From Bdellovibrionota bacterium FG-2 (lineage in GTDB: Bacteria; Bdellovibrionota; UBA1018), in assembly GCA_051382305.1 (NCBI GenBank), contig JBBCAV010000153.1, forward strand, positions 1 through 64,000: a stretch of 64,000 nt of DNA. The letters run 5' to 3'. The translations under genes and the position numbers were made by a program. Below the pieces are notes generated by a model. It worked only from the letters and a program-made list of their open reading frames with translations. It was not told the DNA's origin and did not search any database. Below, one piece after another: positions 39,382 through 48,684 of this stretch (the first letter of the stretch is position 1; every line of letters starts with the position of its first letter).

Positions 39382-39978
39382 ATGAAAACAATAATGCTGA
39401 TACTCGCCCTGAGCTTAACAAGCCTAATGCAATTACACAGTGCCCTTGCAAACGATCGCGAAGATCTCACCCCCGGTTTGCTCGATGAGATTCAAGCCGT
39501 AAAAGATGGCATGAAAAAAACGCGAGTCTACTTGAGTCGCTCACTACACATCAATCGTACCGACTATATCGGAGAATCCGACAGCAGTGTCGTCGGCGGC
39601 GGACTTGAGAAGACCATTAAAGACAAACGTCGCAATGAAGACATTCCCAGAAACGCAAGAGGCCAAATCATCGAAATCAAAGACGAGCACGTCTGGATCG
39701 CTTTCGACAAAGATTGCGAGAGCAGAGAATGCGCTTTTCATTTTCAATTTCGCGCGCGCGAAAACGATACAAGCCGATTCCCCAAGGAAAAATTCATCTT
39801 CAACAACGCCCCGAAGAATCCGGATTTTAGAACCGTGACTTATCGAGCAACCAGTTTTTGGTTCGGGATTTTGAGAACCTCCGAAATCATTCATCTCGAA
39901 GTCAAATACGACGAAATTCACGAGTTTATCACCGAGTACAAAACTCACCCTGGCGTGGATGCCCCGGACGAGCGCTAA
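39382..39978 (+). CDS. Secreted hypothetical protein
   Basis: Signal peptide MKTIMLILALSLT...SALA. Confidence 0.6.
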   Translation: MKTIMLILALSLTSLMQLHSALANDREDLTPGLLDEIQAVKDGMKKTRVYLSRSLHINRTDYIGESDSSVVGGGLEKTIKDKRRNEDIPRNARGQIIEIKDEHVWIAFDKDCESRECAFHFQFRARENDTSRFPKEKFIFNNAPKNPDFRTVTYRATSFWFGILRTSEIIHLEVKYDEIHEFITEYKTHPGVDAPDER

Positions 39979-41501
39979 GCGATCTTCTTAACCGGCACCA
40001 CCACGGCGCTCGGGGACCCACCTACTTTTCTAAAGTCCGAAGCCGTGATGCGAAACTTGCGCAACATACGCAGAAAATTACTGCGATCAATTTTCGATTC
40101 TTGAGAGGCCTTACTCACATTCCCATGGTGACGGGTGAGCATCCCCGTCAGAAACTCTTTTTCGAAATTCTCACTCCAGCGTTTCTTAAGATCTCGATAT
40201 ACGCCCAGCTGAGACGTGGATTTTACCGGGAGATTTAGCGTCTGAGCAACTACTCGCAGCTCAGACGTCTTAGGAAGAGCAAGCAATCTCGCGCCAACAG
40301 TCTCCCCACCCTGGAATACAAGCGCCACCCGCTCAATCACGTTTTGTAATTCACGAACGTTACCCGGCCACGCGTAGCCCTCTAGCGCCGCGCGCGCTTC
40401 TTCGCTAAACCCAGAGAAGACTTTTCCGCGCGCGGAAAACGCGTCCCTTGAAAACTGCTCGGCAAACGGGACGATATCAGAGCGCCTTTCACGAAGCGCC
40501 GGGAGCTGTAAAACGACGCGACTCAAACGATGAAACAGATCCTCGCGAAACCCGCCTTCCGCCACTCGCTTGTTGAGATCCACGTGAGTTGCGGCAATCA
40601 CCCGAACATCTGTCTTTTCGTCTTGCGTGGCGCCCACGCGCCTAAACACTTTTTCTTGAAGTACGCGCAGGAGTTTAGCTTGAAGTTTTGGATCCATTTC
40701 ACCAATTTCATCTAAGAAAAGTGTGCCGCCTTTTGCGATTTCAAAAAGGCCGCGCTTTAGCGCCACGGCGCCCGTGAAGGCGCCCTTCTCATGACCAAAG
40801 AGTTCAGACTCCAAAAGCTGCTCATTAAAATTTGCACAGTTCACGGCTACCCAAGGTCCCTGCGCACGCGCCGAATCAGAATGGGTTCGACGCGCAATCC
40901 CCTCCTTACCAGTTCCACTCTCTCCCAAGATCAGGACGGTAGGTTCTTCTACGCCCTGCCTTAAGGCCTCGCGCCGCAAAACACTGAGCCACTCATTGAC
41001 CTTGGACATCGACGGATCTTTTGAAGCAATCCAGCTCTTCACCAATCGGGCGCCCCCGCCCTGCGCCTCAGCTCTAACGGCACGCGCTTCCAGCCTTGCG
41101 AGCAGGTCTTCATTTTCGCGTTCTAAAAAGACTTCGGCCTGCGCTCTTTTAACAGCGATGCTCAGCTCATCTAAATCAAAGGGCTTCTCCAAGTAATCCA
41201 CGGCACCTAACTTGAGTGCCGAGATCGCCACATCTTTTTCGCCATGCCCAGTGATCATAATGACCCGAAGCCGCGGAAATATCTCTTTGGCCCAAGCCAT
41301 CAAAGCCAGCCCATCTTTGCCGGGCATTTTTAGATCCGTGATCAATACCCCAAAACCAGGGGTCAAGGCTTTTTCGGCCTCTTCGGCCCCATGTGCGGTT
41401 ACGACCTCAAACCCCTCACGCTCCAAACGCGACTTCAGGAGTTTTCTAATCGTTTCTTCATCATCCACAACCAGCACTTTTTGCGGCATCTGATTTTTCA
41501 C
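39975..41501 (-). CDS. sigma54-dependent response regulator (NtrC-family enhancer-binding protein)
   Basis: Receiver (VVDDE, TDLKMP, KPF); AAA+ GESGTGKE, GAFTGA, LFLDEIG, WPGNVREL; Fis-type HTH. Confidence 0.95.
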   Translation of the reverse strand: MKNQMPQKVLVVDDEETIRKLLKSRLEREGFEVVTAHGAEEAEKALTPGFGVLITDLKMPGKDGLALMAWAKEIFPRLRVIMITGHGEKDVAISALKLGAVDYLEKPFDLDELSIAVKRAQAEVFLERENEDLLARLEARAVRAEAQGGGARLVKSWIASKDPSMSKVNEWLSVLRREALRQGVEEPTVLILGESGTGKEGIARRTHSDSARAQGPWVAVNCANFNEQLLESELFGHEKGAFTGAVALKRGLFEIAKGGTLFLDEIGEMDPKLQAKLLRVLQEKVFRRVGATQDEKTDVRVIAATHVDLNKRVAEGGFREDLFHRLSRVVLQLPALRERRSDIVPFAEQFSRDAFSARGKVFSGFSEEARAALEGYAWPGNVRELQNVIERVALVFQGGETVGARLLALPKTSELRVVAQTLNLPVKSTSQLGVYRDLKKRWSENFEKEFLTGMLTRHHGNVSKASQESKIDRSNFLRMLRKFRITASDFRKVGGSPSAVVVPVKKIA

Positions 41502-42718
41502 CCTAATTCCCTAAAATCTCTTGGTATGCGAACTAAAAACACCGTCCCCTTGCCCATTTCACTTTCAACGCGGATCGAACCATGAAGCTTTGAAATCATC
41601 CCATAACTTAGACTCAAACCTAGCCCCATGCCCTTACCAACTTCTTTTGTCGTAAAAAAGGGATTGAAAGCCTTGGATTTGGTGCGCTCATTCATGCCGG
41701 CGCCGTCATCACTAAACTGGACCTCAACAAACTCACCGTTAATTCGCGTCGTAATTGAAACTTTCCCAGAGCCCCGCCCTGTCGCCTCAATCGCATCCCG
41801 CGCATTAGTGGCAAGATTAATAAACACCTGCTCCAACTGAAGCGCGTTAGCATAGACCGGAGGAAGCTCCTGGCCGTAGCAACGGGTGACTTGAATTCCC
41901 CGCGTGACGAACTGTCGGGCTAGCATTTTAAGGGCTTCTTCAATACGATCATGGACATTCGTGAATTCGTGGCTCTCCGTTGATTTTCGTGTAAATGCGC
42001 GCAGATAATCAATGATTTTAGCCATCTTGTCAGCGTTGCTGATCACTTCTTGCAAACCGTCTTGGGTTTGCTTGAAGCCCTCTTGATTCGCAATCAAGGG
42101 CAGCGCAATCGCCTGCAGCTCCTGAGCATAACCTCTGATCCCCTGTAACGGTTGATTAAGCTCGTGTGCGATGCCTGCCGCAAGTTCTCCCAGTGCCGCC
42201 ATCTTGCCCGATTGCACCAGCGTTTCTTGCATCGAGTGAAGCTCCGCATTTTGCTTTTCGAGCTGAAAGTAGGCGTTTCTTAGTTCCGCGTGTTTTGTGA
42301 TGAGCTCCCGCTCCATGCGCTTTTTCTCGCTCACATCTCGAAAAATCGCGAGCGACAGCTTGGAGTGACTCCCCTGCACACGCCGGACACTCACATCGAC
42401 CAACGTTACATACCCATCTTTTCTCACCACGGCGATATCTTCATACGTGCCCGCTATCTTAAACGTTTCTCGCGCCAGCGGCCTTGCTCGTTCAGGGATT
42501 CGGTGTTTTGTGGGATCGGGAATCAAGAGCTGAATGGATTCCCCAATAAGTTCTTCTTTGAGATACCCCGTCAGCTCCTCGCCGGCCTTATTGAGCGCAT
42601 CGACTTTGCCCGTGGGAAGCACTGTTAAAATTGCGTCCGAAGCCTGGTCAAATAGGATTTGATAATTATTTTCGGACTCCGCTTCTGCTATGCGAAGATG
42701 TTTTCGATTAGTGGGCAT
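41498..42718 (-). CDS. Cytoplasmic PAS-domain sensor histidine kinase
   Basis: PAS domain; AGIAHELNQP H-box; NLATNARDA; DDGAG; FFTTK; GMGLGL; no TM. Confidence 0.95.
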   Translation of the reverse strand: MPTNRKHLRIAEAESENNYQILFDQASDAILTVLPTGKVDALNKAGEELTGYLKEELIGESIQLLIPDPTKHRIPERARPLARETFKIAGTYEDIAVVRKDGYVTLVDVSVRRVQGSHSKLSLAIFRDVSEKKRMERELITKHAELRNAYFQLEKQNAELHSMQETLVQSGKMAALGELAAGIAHELNQPLQGIRGYAQELQAIALPLIANQEGFKQTQDGLQEVISNADKMAKIIDYLRAFTRKSTESHEFTNVHDRIEEALKMLARQFVTRGIQVTRCYGQELPPVYANALQLEQVFINLATNARDAIEATGRGSGKVSITTRINGEFVEVQFSDDGAGMNERTKSKAFNPFFTTKEVGKGMGLGLSLSYGMISKLHGSIRVESEMGKGTVFLVRIPRDFRELG

Positions 42719-43595
42719 GCAAAAACGCGCTGGCCCTTTCTATTTCTTTTCCCAATTCCTCTTCGAGGACGGGAATTTCCTCCGGCTTAATTTTCAAGGG
42801 GGCCAACATATCGGGCGTGATGTCGCCAGCAGAGAAGTCCCCGGATTTTCCGATTTTATTCTTCACACAAAGCGCGTTGGCTAGCCTCACCATGTGGATC
42901 ACGGGCTTGGCCGAAGCTAAAACGCTATCCATTTTTGAAACATCAAAATGATGATAGCGAATCGCGAGACGAATAACCTGAGGCAACCCCCATTTTGAGG
43001 CAATCACCTCGCCCAAGAAAGAGTGTCCTGGAAGTTCAAATTCTTTTTCGACCTCCACGAAGGAGCATTCACGTTTGAGGGTTTCCTTGATGATTCCCTG
43101 TAGGCGTTCAGGATCAATTTTATGGAGCACAAGTTTCCCAATGTCGTGAAGCAGTCCACAGGTAAACGCCTCTTCAGGCTTGGGATGTTTAATGCGTTTC
43201 GCGAGCATCTCGGCGCCCACGGCGGTTGCAAGTGCGTGCCGCCAAAAATCCATCATGGGAAAATCTTCTAACTCGATATCTGGAAAAACCGAGAAAACGG
43301 AGAGCCCCAACACGAGTTGCGCAAGCGTATTGAAACCCAAGAAGGCCAACGCCCGCTGAACATCGGTCACCCCCCCTGGAATGGCATAATACGAGGAATT
43401 CACAAGCCGCAGGATCTTGGCCGTCAGGACCTGGTCCTTTTTAAGCACCATGGCAATGTCCGAGCTTGAAGAACTGGGATCGTTAATGAGCTCGTTGACG
43501 CACATCGCAACAACCGGAAGAGTTGGAATATCTTGAAGTTTTTCAAGCAGAGCCGAGTATTCGGATTGAGTTTTTTTCGTATTGGGTGTGGCCAT
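42708..43595 (-). CDS. HDOD-domain protein
   Basis: IPTLP, DQVLTAKILRLVNS, FWRHAL, GLLHDIGK, WGLP...AIRYHH. Confidence 0.93.
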   Translation of the reverse strand: MATPNTKKTQSEYSALLEKLQDIPTLPVVAMCVNELINDPSSSSSDIAMVLKKDQVLTAKILRLVNSSYYAIPGGVTDVQRALAFLGFNTLAQLVLGLSVFSVFPDIELEDFPMMDFWRHALATAVGAEMLAKRIKHPKPEEAFTCGLLHDIGKLVLHKIDPERLQGIIKETLKRECSFVEVEKEFELPGHSFLGEVIASKWGLPQVIRLAIRYHHFDVSKMDSVLASAKPVIHMVRLANALCVKNKIGKSGDFSAGDITPDMLAPLKIKPEEIPVLEEELGKEIERASAFLHAH

Positions 43596-43611
43596 AGGCT
43601 CTCTTAGGTAG

Positions 43612-43639
43612 TTATCGGAAGACGGGGGCGAGAAATTGA
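43612..43639 (-). promoter_or_regulatory. Putative sigma28 (FliA) promoter of the HDOD-kinase-activator operon
   Basis: TCAA-N16-TCCGATAA versus consensus TAAA-N15-GCCGATAA. Confidence 0.55.
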
Positions 43640-43684
43640 AGGAAAAGGGAGAAGAGTAGAGGCAGGAGGGAAAACATCAAACCT

Positions 43685-43715
43685 TTGACGCCAACAAAAA
43701 ACAACGTTATAGGTT
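43685..43715 (+). promoter_or_regulatory. sigma70 promoter of tRNA-Val
   Basis: TTGACG-N17-TATAGG about 20 bp upstream of the tRNA. Confidence 0.6.
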
Positions 43716-43734
43716 TGTTTCCTACACGAAATGT

Positions 43735-43809
<75 letters not shown>

Positions 43810-43947
43810 TTAAAATTCAATCATGTAACCAGAGAGAAGGAATGCACAAGAACGCCCCGTGGGACAGTGTTAATTCTACCAGATCTGACGCTCGGCGTCA
43901 AGTGAGTGGCCAATGCGCCGAGCCTCCCAATCGGTACGGTTTTAGCA

Positions 43948-46222
43948 CTATTCGCAACCCACCTCTTGCATGACGAATTCAATCGCCTTGCCACCTTTGG
44001 ATTCCCTTCGGTCTAAAATCTTGAACTTAGCGCCGGGAAGAAAAATTATTTCACGCTCCTCTGGGTGAACGGAGATCTTTTCAATATTGCGTCCGCATCG
44101 AGAGGAAATAATAAAACGGTGTGTGCACTTAAAGCCAGATCCGATCGAGGTACTTGTATAGCCTTCATAGGTCACAATGTCCCCCACTTGATGATGCTTC
44201 AGAGCGGCATCGGGCAAATCAGCCCCACGTTCAACTGGGCCATCTTTCCAAAACGAGGCCCACTACTTTGATATAGGGCTCTGCGGATTTAAGTTCGGTG
44301 CACCCACTTCTTAGTGCGTTGTTGACTTGCATGAAGATGCTCCCGGTATAGCTACGAATGGCGGCCACCTCGGCGTAAGTAAGATGGTATTGTCGGACCA
44401 ACTCTTTGCCACCCGTGCTGGTTTTTGCAAAGAAGTAATTATCATTCGTGGCCAAGAGGGGGCGTCCATAGAAAGTCTCGAGCAGGGTCTCCTCGACCTG
44501 CTCTTCAGTGTCTGGGCCCAGATTCAAGGCTACCGATTTAACCTGATCGCCGTGCGTCCAGCTCACTGTTTTGAGTGAAGACGGCTCTAGTGTCTTTATA
44601 GAAAAATCAAACTCAGTTTTCAACTTGGGGTTATGATCAATCATTTAGTTGTCTAAAATGACCGGAAGCAAATCGTCCTTCAAAATATAGATTACCTCGG
44701 ATCGCTCTGGCGGCGTGATGTGAAACAACACGGATTGAGCCCAGTCGCGAACAAAAGGTAACGGTGCTTTTCCGTAAACCAGCAGACCGGTCCCCGCTTC
44801 ACTCTCTGCTAGGAGGTTTGCGACAATTGATTTGAGCCAGCTTTGGGCTTCGGGGCTATCGACTTTTCCGAAACGCCCCGCAAGCGGATTTAGGGCTTGA
44901 GTCATTTGCCTGCCGTCGGGGTTGAAAAGATGCATAATCTTCTCAGTCGTGTTCGTGAGCGTTGCCGTAAGCATCTTCACTTCGTCAGGAGTCCGGCAAA
45001 GATTATTGAGATCTGCCGTCGGCGGAACCACAGGCGCAGAAGCAAGGTCGGGGATTTCAATCAATAAATCACGATAGCATTGAATATTCGTAGCAGCGAC
45101 ATTTTCGAGAATGGCGGCAACCTGGATGGGGAATTTATTTCGGATGTGCTCAGATTTGAGAAGTGACACAATGACTTCGGCGTCTTGAGTGAGCTTGAGC
45201 GCGCCCGGCTTTTGAAGTTTGAGCAAAAACGCTTCTGTTTGGCTGGCGGAGAGTTGCCCATTCTTGAAGTCGCGCAGATTGGGTACAGCGGTTAGCCAGT
45301 CCTTATCTTGGGATGGATATCGGCAAAGCAACCATGAAGAATACTTTCGGAGCTAGAGAGAGGTGTCTGTCCCTTAGTTGTTACGCTTTGGTTGGCACAG
45401 TCTGGTTTCTTAAGGGGCGTTTCATCTGCAATTTGCAAAGAGCCCGTAAAACAAGCTTTTTCGATTTGATAAAGGACCGGTGGCCTAGCCTTGTCATCTA
45501 AGGAGAAGTTTCCATTCGGTTTGGAGTGATAGAGGGGATAAGGAAAAATATATTCTCGATCATTAACCCACAGGGTGTCTTTATATCCGCTCACAGCGGT
45601 GTATTGAAAGAAGTTTCCGTTTACAATATCGAAGTTTCCCTGAGACAGGTTTGCCTCCTTGGGAAACTTCTTGACTGGATTTATCAAATTATCAAAATCC
45701 AGTGCGTAGCTTTCTTGGGCCGTTTTACCGAGAATTATGAAGTTTTTGCTTTGATTGAGCGTAGCGCTACCCTGCGCGGGGATAGAATAGTTTTGGATTA
45801 ACGCTCCAGTCGGAAGAGAGCAATGTAGGATAGAAGAGGGGGTTTGAACGACAAAACCGGGCGTGGGTGTCAGGATCTTAACGTGCTCACTCGTACCTCC
45901 GCAGGCTTTGATAAGCTCAGCTTCTGGGCGTGTGGTCTCTATTGCCCGCTGGGGCTGAACTGGCGCATGAAATGTCAGTCGCAATTGACTTTTGAGTTTG
46001 GGATTCGAAAAGAACCAACTTACCCAATGAAGAGCAAAGCGCTAGTCGAGTTCCATCGTTTGAAATGGAGCGAAAGGTTGAATTTTTAGGAAACGGAATT
46101 GCCACAAGGTTTTGAACGCATTTTTCGGGAAGTGATGACGCGGTTGCAGATTCAGTAAAGAAGAGCGGCAACAAGCTTCCTAATACATTAATGAACACAG
46201 AGGTGTGCCTGCACATTCCCAT
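43948..46222 (-). pseudogene. Large secreted protein with C-terminal R-S-E ADP-ribosyltransferase domain, broken into five ORFs
   Basis: Co-oriented abutting ORFs (45917-46222, 45292-45984, 44645-45331, 44231-44644, 43948-44217); in-frame TAA at 44645-44647; ART motifs AIRSYTG..VNNALR, VERG, YTSTS, PEEREIIFLPG. Confidence 0.78.
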
Positions 46223-46229
46223 GTTGGTT

Positions 46230-46237
46230 TTATCGGC
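46230..46237 (-). promoter_or_regulatory. FliA-type -10 box upstream of the ART gene
   Basis: Perfect GCCGATAA 7 bp before the ATG; TAAA upstream at non-canonical spacing. Confidence 0.5.
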
Positions 46238-46377
46238 AATTGCGGGCTTTTAATATTTAATAAAGGTTAAAGGTGTCGGTGATTGCGTCAATAAAGTAGC
46301 GGTTTTTTCTACCCCCCATCTAGTATGTTTGGAATCCAAACCGCTCCTACTCACTGGCAGAACTCAAGGACCGCCCC

Positions 46378-47370
46378 TCAATACACCCGCTCCGGCGGCA
46401 AATACTCAATCATCGCGCCCTGCCCGACATTCACGGTAAACGTCCACCCCGTATGAACATATCCATCCGCCTCAACCAAGCCCGTGGGCGGATTGGGAAA
46501 CCGCGAAATTTTCCGCCATGACGAATCCACGGCTGAATCAAACTCATCGATTCCTGAGCTTTGCATTCTGCGGATTTCAATGAGCCCCCCCTCTCGATCC
46601 AAAATCACATCCACCACGGTCGAATACTCTCCCGGCCGCACTTGCCTTCGGTAGCCAATGGAGCGAATCCGAGACTGCCAAACAGGACCAATGGCTTCAT
46701 ACAAACGAGCGTAAAAAGTATAAAAAATAGATTCCTTTGTATTCAAAAGATTCTCAGCCCCCTCCGGCAAATCCTTTTCACGTAGCGCCTGATCGCCCCC
46801 CTCCGAGCCGGGCTGCACTTGTTGAGCTTGCGATTTGCGCCCGTCTTTTCCTACTTTTTTGCGATCGGGAGCAAATTTCATGGGAATCCCCAAATTCCCC
46901 AGCTTTACTTTGGATCGCGACTTAGCGGCTTCGTTTTGAGCTTTGGGCAGTGCATTTTCCTGGGGCTGCGCCTGCTGAAAAGGAACTGCGGGCTTAGGAA
47001 TCACATTCGTTTGCTTTGCCCGTTGTTCTTTTTCCACCCGAACATTACGTGCGGATTCATAGCGTGCGTCCTTAGGCGCCTCCTTTTCGCTGGGCGCTTT
47101 GGGATCTTTATCGAGGAGAAACCCCGTAGGTTTCTTCTCTTGGTCACGCCATTGCTTGCGGATCGCCTCGAGTTTATTCATATCAATCTGCTTAACTTCG
47201 ACAGGCATCGGACGAGCAGGCGAACTCCACTGAACCTTCACCCACATAAAAAGCAGATGAAAAATCAAAGCCGCGAGCAAAGCAAGCCACACCCCGGAGC
47301 GTCGCCATGGAGAAGGCTGATCCATACTCACTGAAGAAGTAAATGAGGAGGTGATAGCAGACGAAGACAT
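46378..47370 (-). CDS. TonB/TolA-like energy transducer (TonB C-terminal domain)
   Basis: Single TM with ALIFH motif, Lys/Pro/Gln-rich linker, C-terminal SSGIDEFDSAV..FPNPP. Confidence 0.85.
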   Translation of the reverse strand: MSSSAITSSFTSSVSMDQPSPWRRSGVWLALLAALIFHLLFMWVKVQWSSPARPMPVEVKQIDMNKLEAIRKQWRDQEKKPTGFLLDKDPKAPSEKEAPKDARYESARNVRVEKEQRAKQTNVIPKPAVPFQQAQPQENALPKAQNEAAKSRSKVKLGNLGIPMKFAPDRKKVGKDGRKSQAQQVQPGSEGGDQALREKDLPEGAENLLNTKESIFYTFYARLYEAIGPVWQSRIRSIGYRRQVRPGEYSTVVDVILDREGGLIEIRRMQSSGIDEFDSAVDSSWRKISRFPNPPTGLVEADGYVHTGWTFTVNVGQGAMIEYLPPERVY

Positions 47371-47415
47371 AACTCAAACCTAACTTGAGTTGACCTGCAA
47401 TCCAAGCACCTTGAA

Positions 47416-47468
47416 GGTGATTCCAAAATGGAACCATTTTGCGCCCCCAGAACGCCTTTGGAACCACC
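47416..47468. promoter_or_regulatory. Putative upstream activator sequences for a sigma54 enhancer-binding protein
   Basis: Dyad TGATTCCAAAATGGAACCA (47418-47436) and inverted half-site TTTGGAACCACC (47457-47468). Confidence 0.55.
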
Positions 47469-47618
47469 TACTAGTTGCGCACAGCTCAATAGAAACACTC
47501 AGACACAGATCTCAAAAGAAGAGGTCAAAAAAAACATGGCCTCAAAAGGCCTTAATTATAGGGCAACATCAAAAATCACAAAAACAACTGCCCACAAAAC
47601 CTCCCAAACCCGGCCAAC

Positions 47619-47634
47619 TGGCACAAGCATTGCT
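47619..47634 (+). promoter_or_regulatory. sigma54 (-24/-12) promoter, consensus match
   Basis: TGGCACAAGCATTGCT matches TGGCAC-N5-TTGCW exactly; no + strand CDS follows. Confidence 0.8.
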
Positions 47635-47644
47635 AACTGCTAAA

Positions 47645-47760
47645 TCCGTTCGGCTGCTTTCACCACTGAGAAAAATCTTTTCCTTTCCAAAAAAAGGAAC
47701 ATTCCCCTCCATAGAGATTTAGCTCAACCAAGGGTGGTGAAAGCAGCCATTCGTTTTTTT
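47645..47760 (+). ncRNA. Putative sigma54-dependent small RNA (novel candidate)
   Basis: Predicted +1 near 47645; 15-bp perfect closing stem GGCTGCTTTCACCAC/GTGGTGAAAGCAGCC, nested inner stems, unpaired CCCCTCC, T7 run at 47754-47760. Confidence 0.65.
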
Positions 47761-47778
47761 GCGGATTAAATCTCAACT

Positions 47779-48582
47779 TTAAGACATTGCGCGGATCAAG
47801 AACCCGACGAGCATAACGGCTAAGAAAACCAACCCCAGCTTCGCGTCTGAGCGCGCCGCAAAAACCCCCAGCGACTCCAGAAAACTGTTTTCCAAAAATG
47901 AGCGATTCAATGCCCGCGGCGTGTCCACGACTTGCTGCAACTGTTGAAATTCGCTTTCTTTTTGCGCAAAAGACGGAAAAAACTTTTCAATCGCAAAGTA
48001 AAGCTCGCGGGCAACACCCAGCGATTTTCTACAAGAAGCGCACGCCATTAGGTGATTTTGCACAAAAAGCTGCTCAGATTTTTTCTCAAATTCATCATCC
48101 AAAAAACGCTGCGTCCATGGCCTCAGCGTATCGTATTCAGGGCATTTGGCTCCGGTTTGCGAATTCCCAACAGGATAACGCATTGCAGCCCCAAGCCCCG
48201 CCTCTCCCAACTGTACCCGCGCACGCCAAGCTTGCTCCTGCACCCATTCCACATCCTCATCAAAAACTCGAGCCAATCTCTGATAGGACCAGTTTCCACG
48301 ATGCAGCGCAACAAGCAGAAAGCGATGTTCTGGAAACAAACGATAAAATGGATGCCCCAGCAAATGCAAATTCTCTACTAAATTCGCAGGCATCCCCTCG
48401 CGAGTCGCACGTCCAATGAGGGCCGACGCAGCGCGCTCAAGCGTCCTCTCTGAGGTAAGCTCAAGCGACGAAACTGCACTGAGGGTCTCCGTTACAATCC
48501 GAACCGAACGCACAGGATCCGCCCAAAGTGCGACTCCTAGCTCAGTAAAAGTGCGAATTTCCTCACGATCAAGACGCGACAT
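47779..48582 (-). CDS. Hypothetical membrane protein: sigma region-4-like HTH plus zf-HC2 (ZAS) motif plus C-terminal TM
   Basis: LFPEHRFLLVALHRGNWSYQRLARVF...WRARVQL resembles ECF region 4; HLMACASC is HxxxCxxC; hydrophobic C-terminus. Confidence 0.6.
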   Translation of the reverse strand: MSRLDREEIRTFTELGVALWADPVRSVRIVTETLSAVSSLELTSERTLERAASALIGRATREGMPANLVENLHLLGHPFYRLFPEHRFLLVALHRGNWSYQRLARVFDEDVEWVQEQAWRARVQLGEAGLGAAMRYPVGNSQTGAKCPEYDTLRPWTQRFLDDEFEKKSEQLFVQNHLMACASCRKSLGVARELYFAIEKFFPSFAQKESEFQQLQQVVDTPRALNRSFLENSFLESLGVFAARSDAKLGLVFLAVMLVGFLIRAMS

Positions 48583-48684
48583 GGATTTCACAATACCTCT
48601 GTACCCCTTGACAGCCCTCACATTTTTGAGAGAGGCTGCCCTTGCATTGAAGTTTAACACAATGTTTTGTGGAGGGGAAATTCA

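Noticed and set aside
47645-47760. SRP (4.5S) or 6S RNA identity for the hairpin
   Set aside because: It has AAGCAGCC but lacks the SRP domain IV CAGG...GGAA arrangement. It is too short for 6S and lacks the central bubble. Rfam should still be run.
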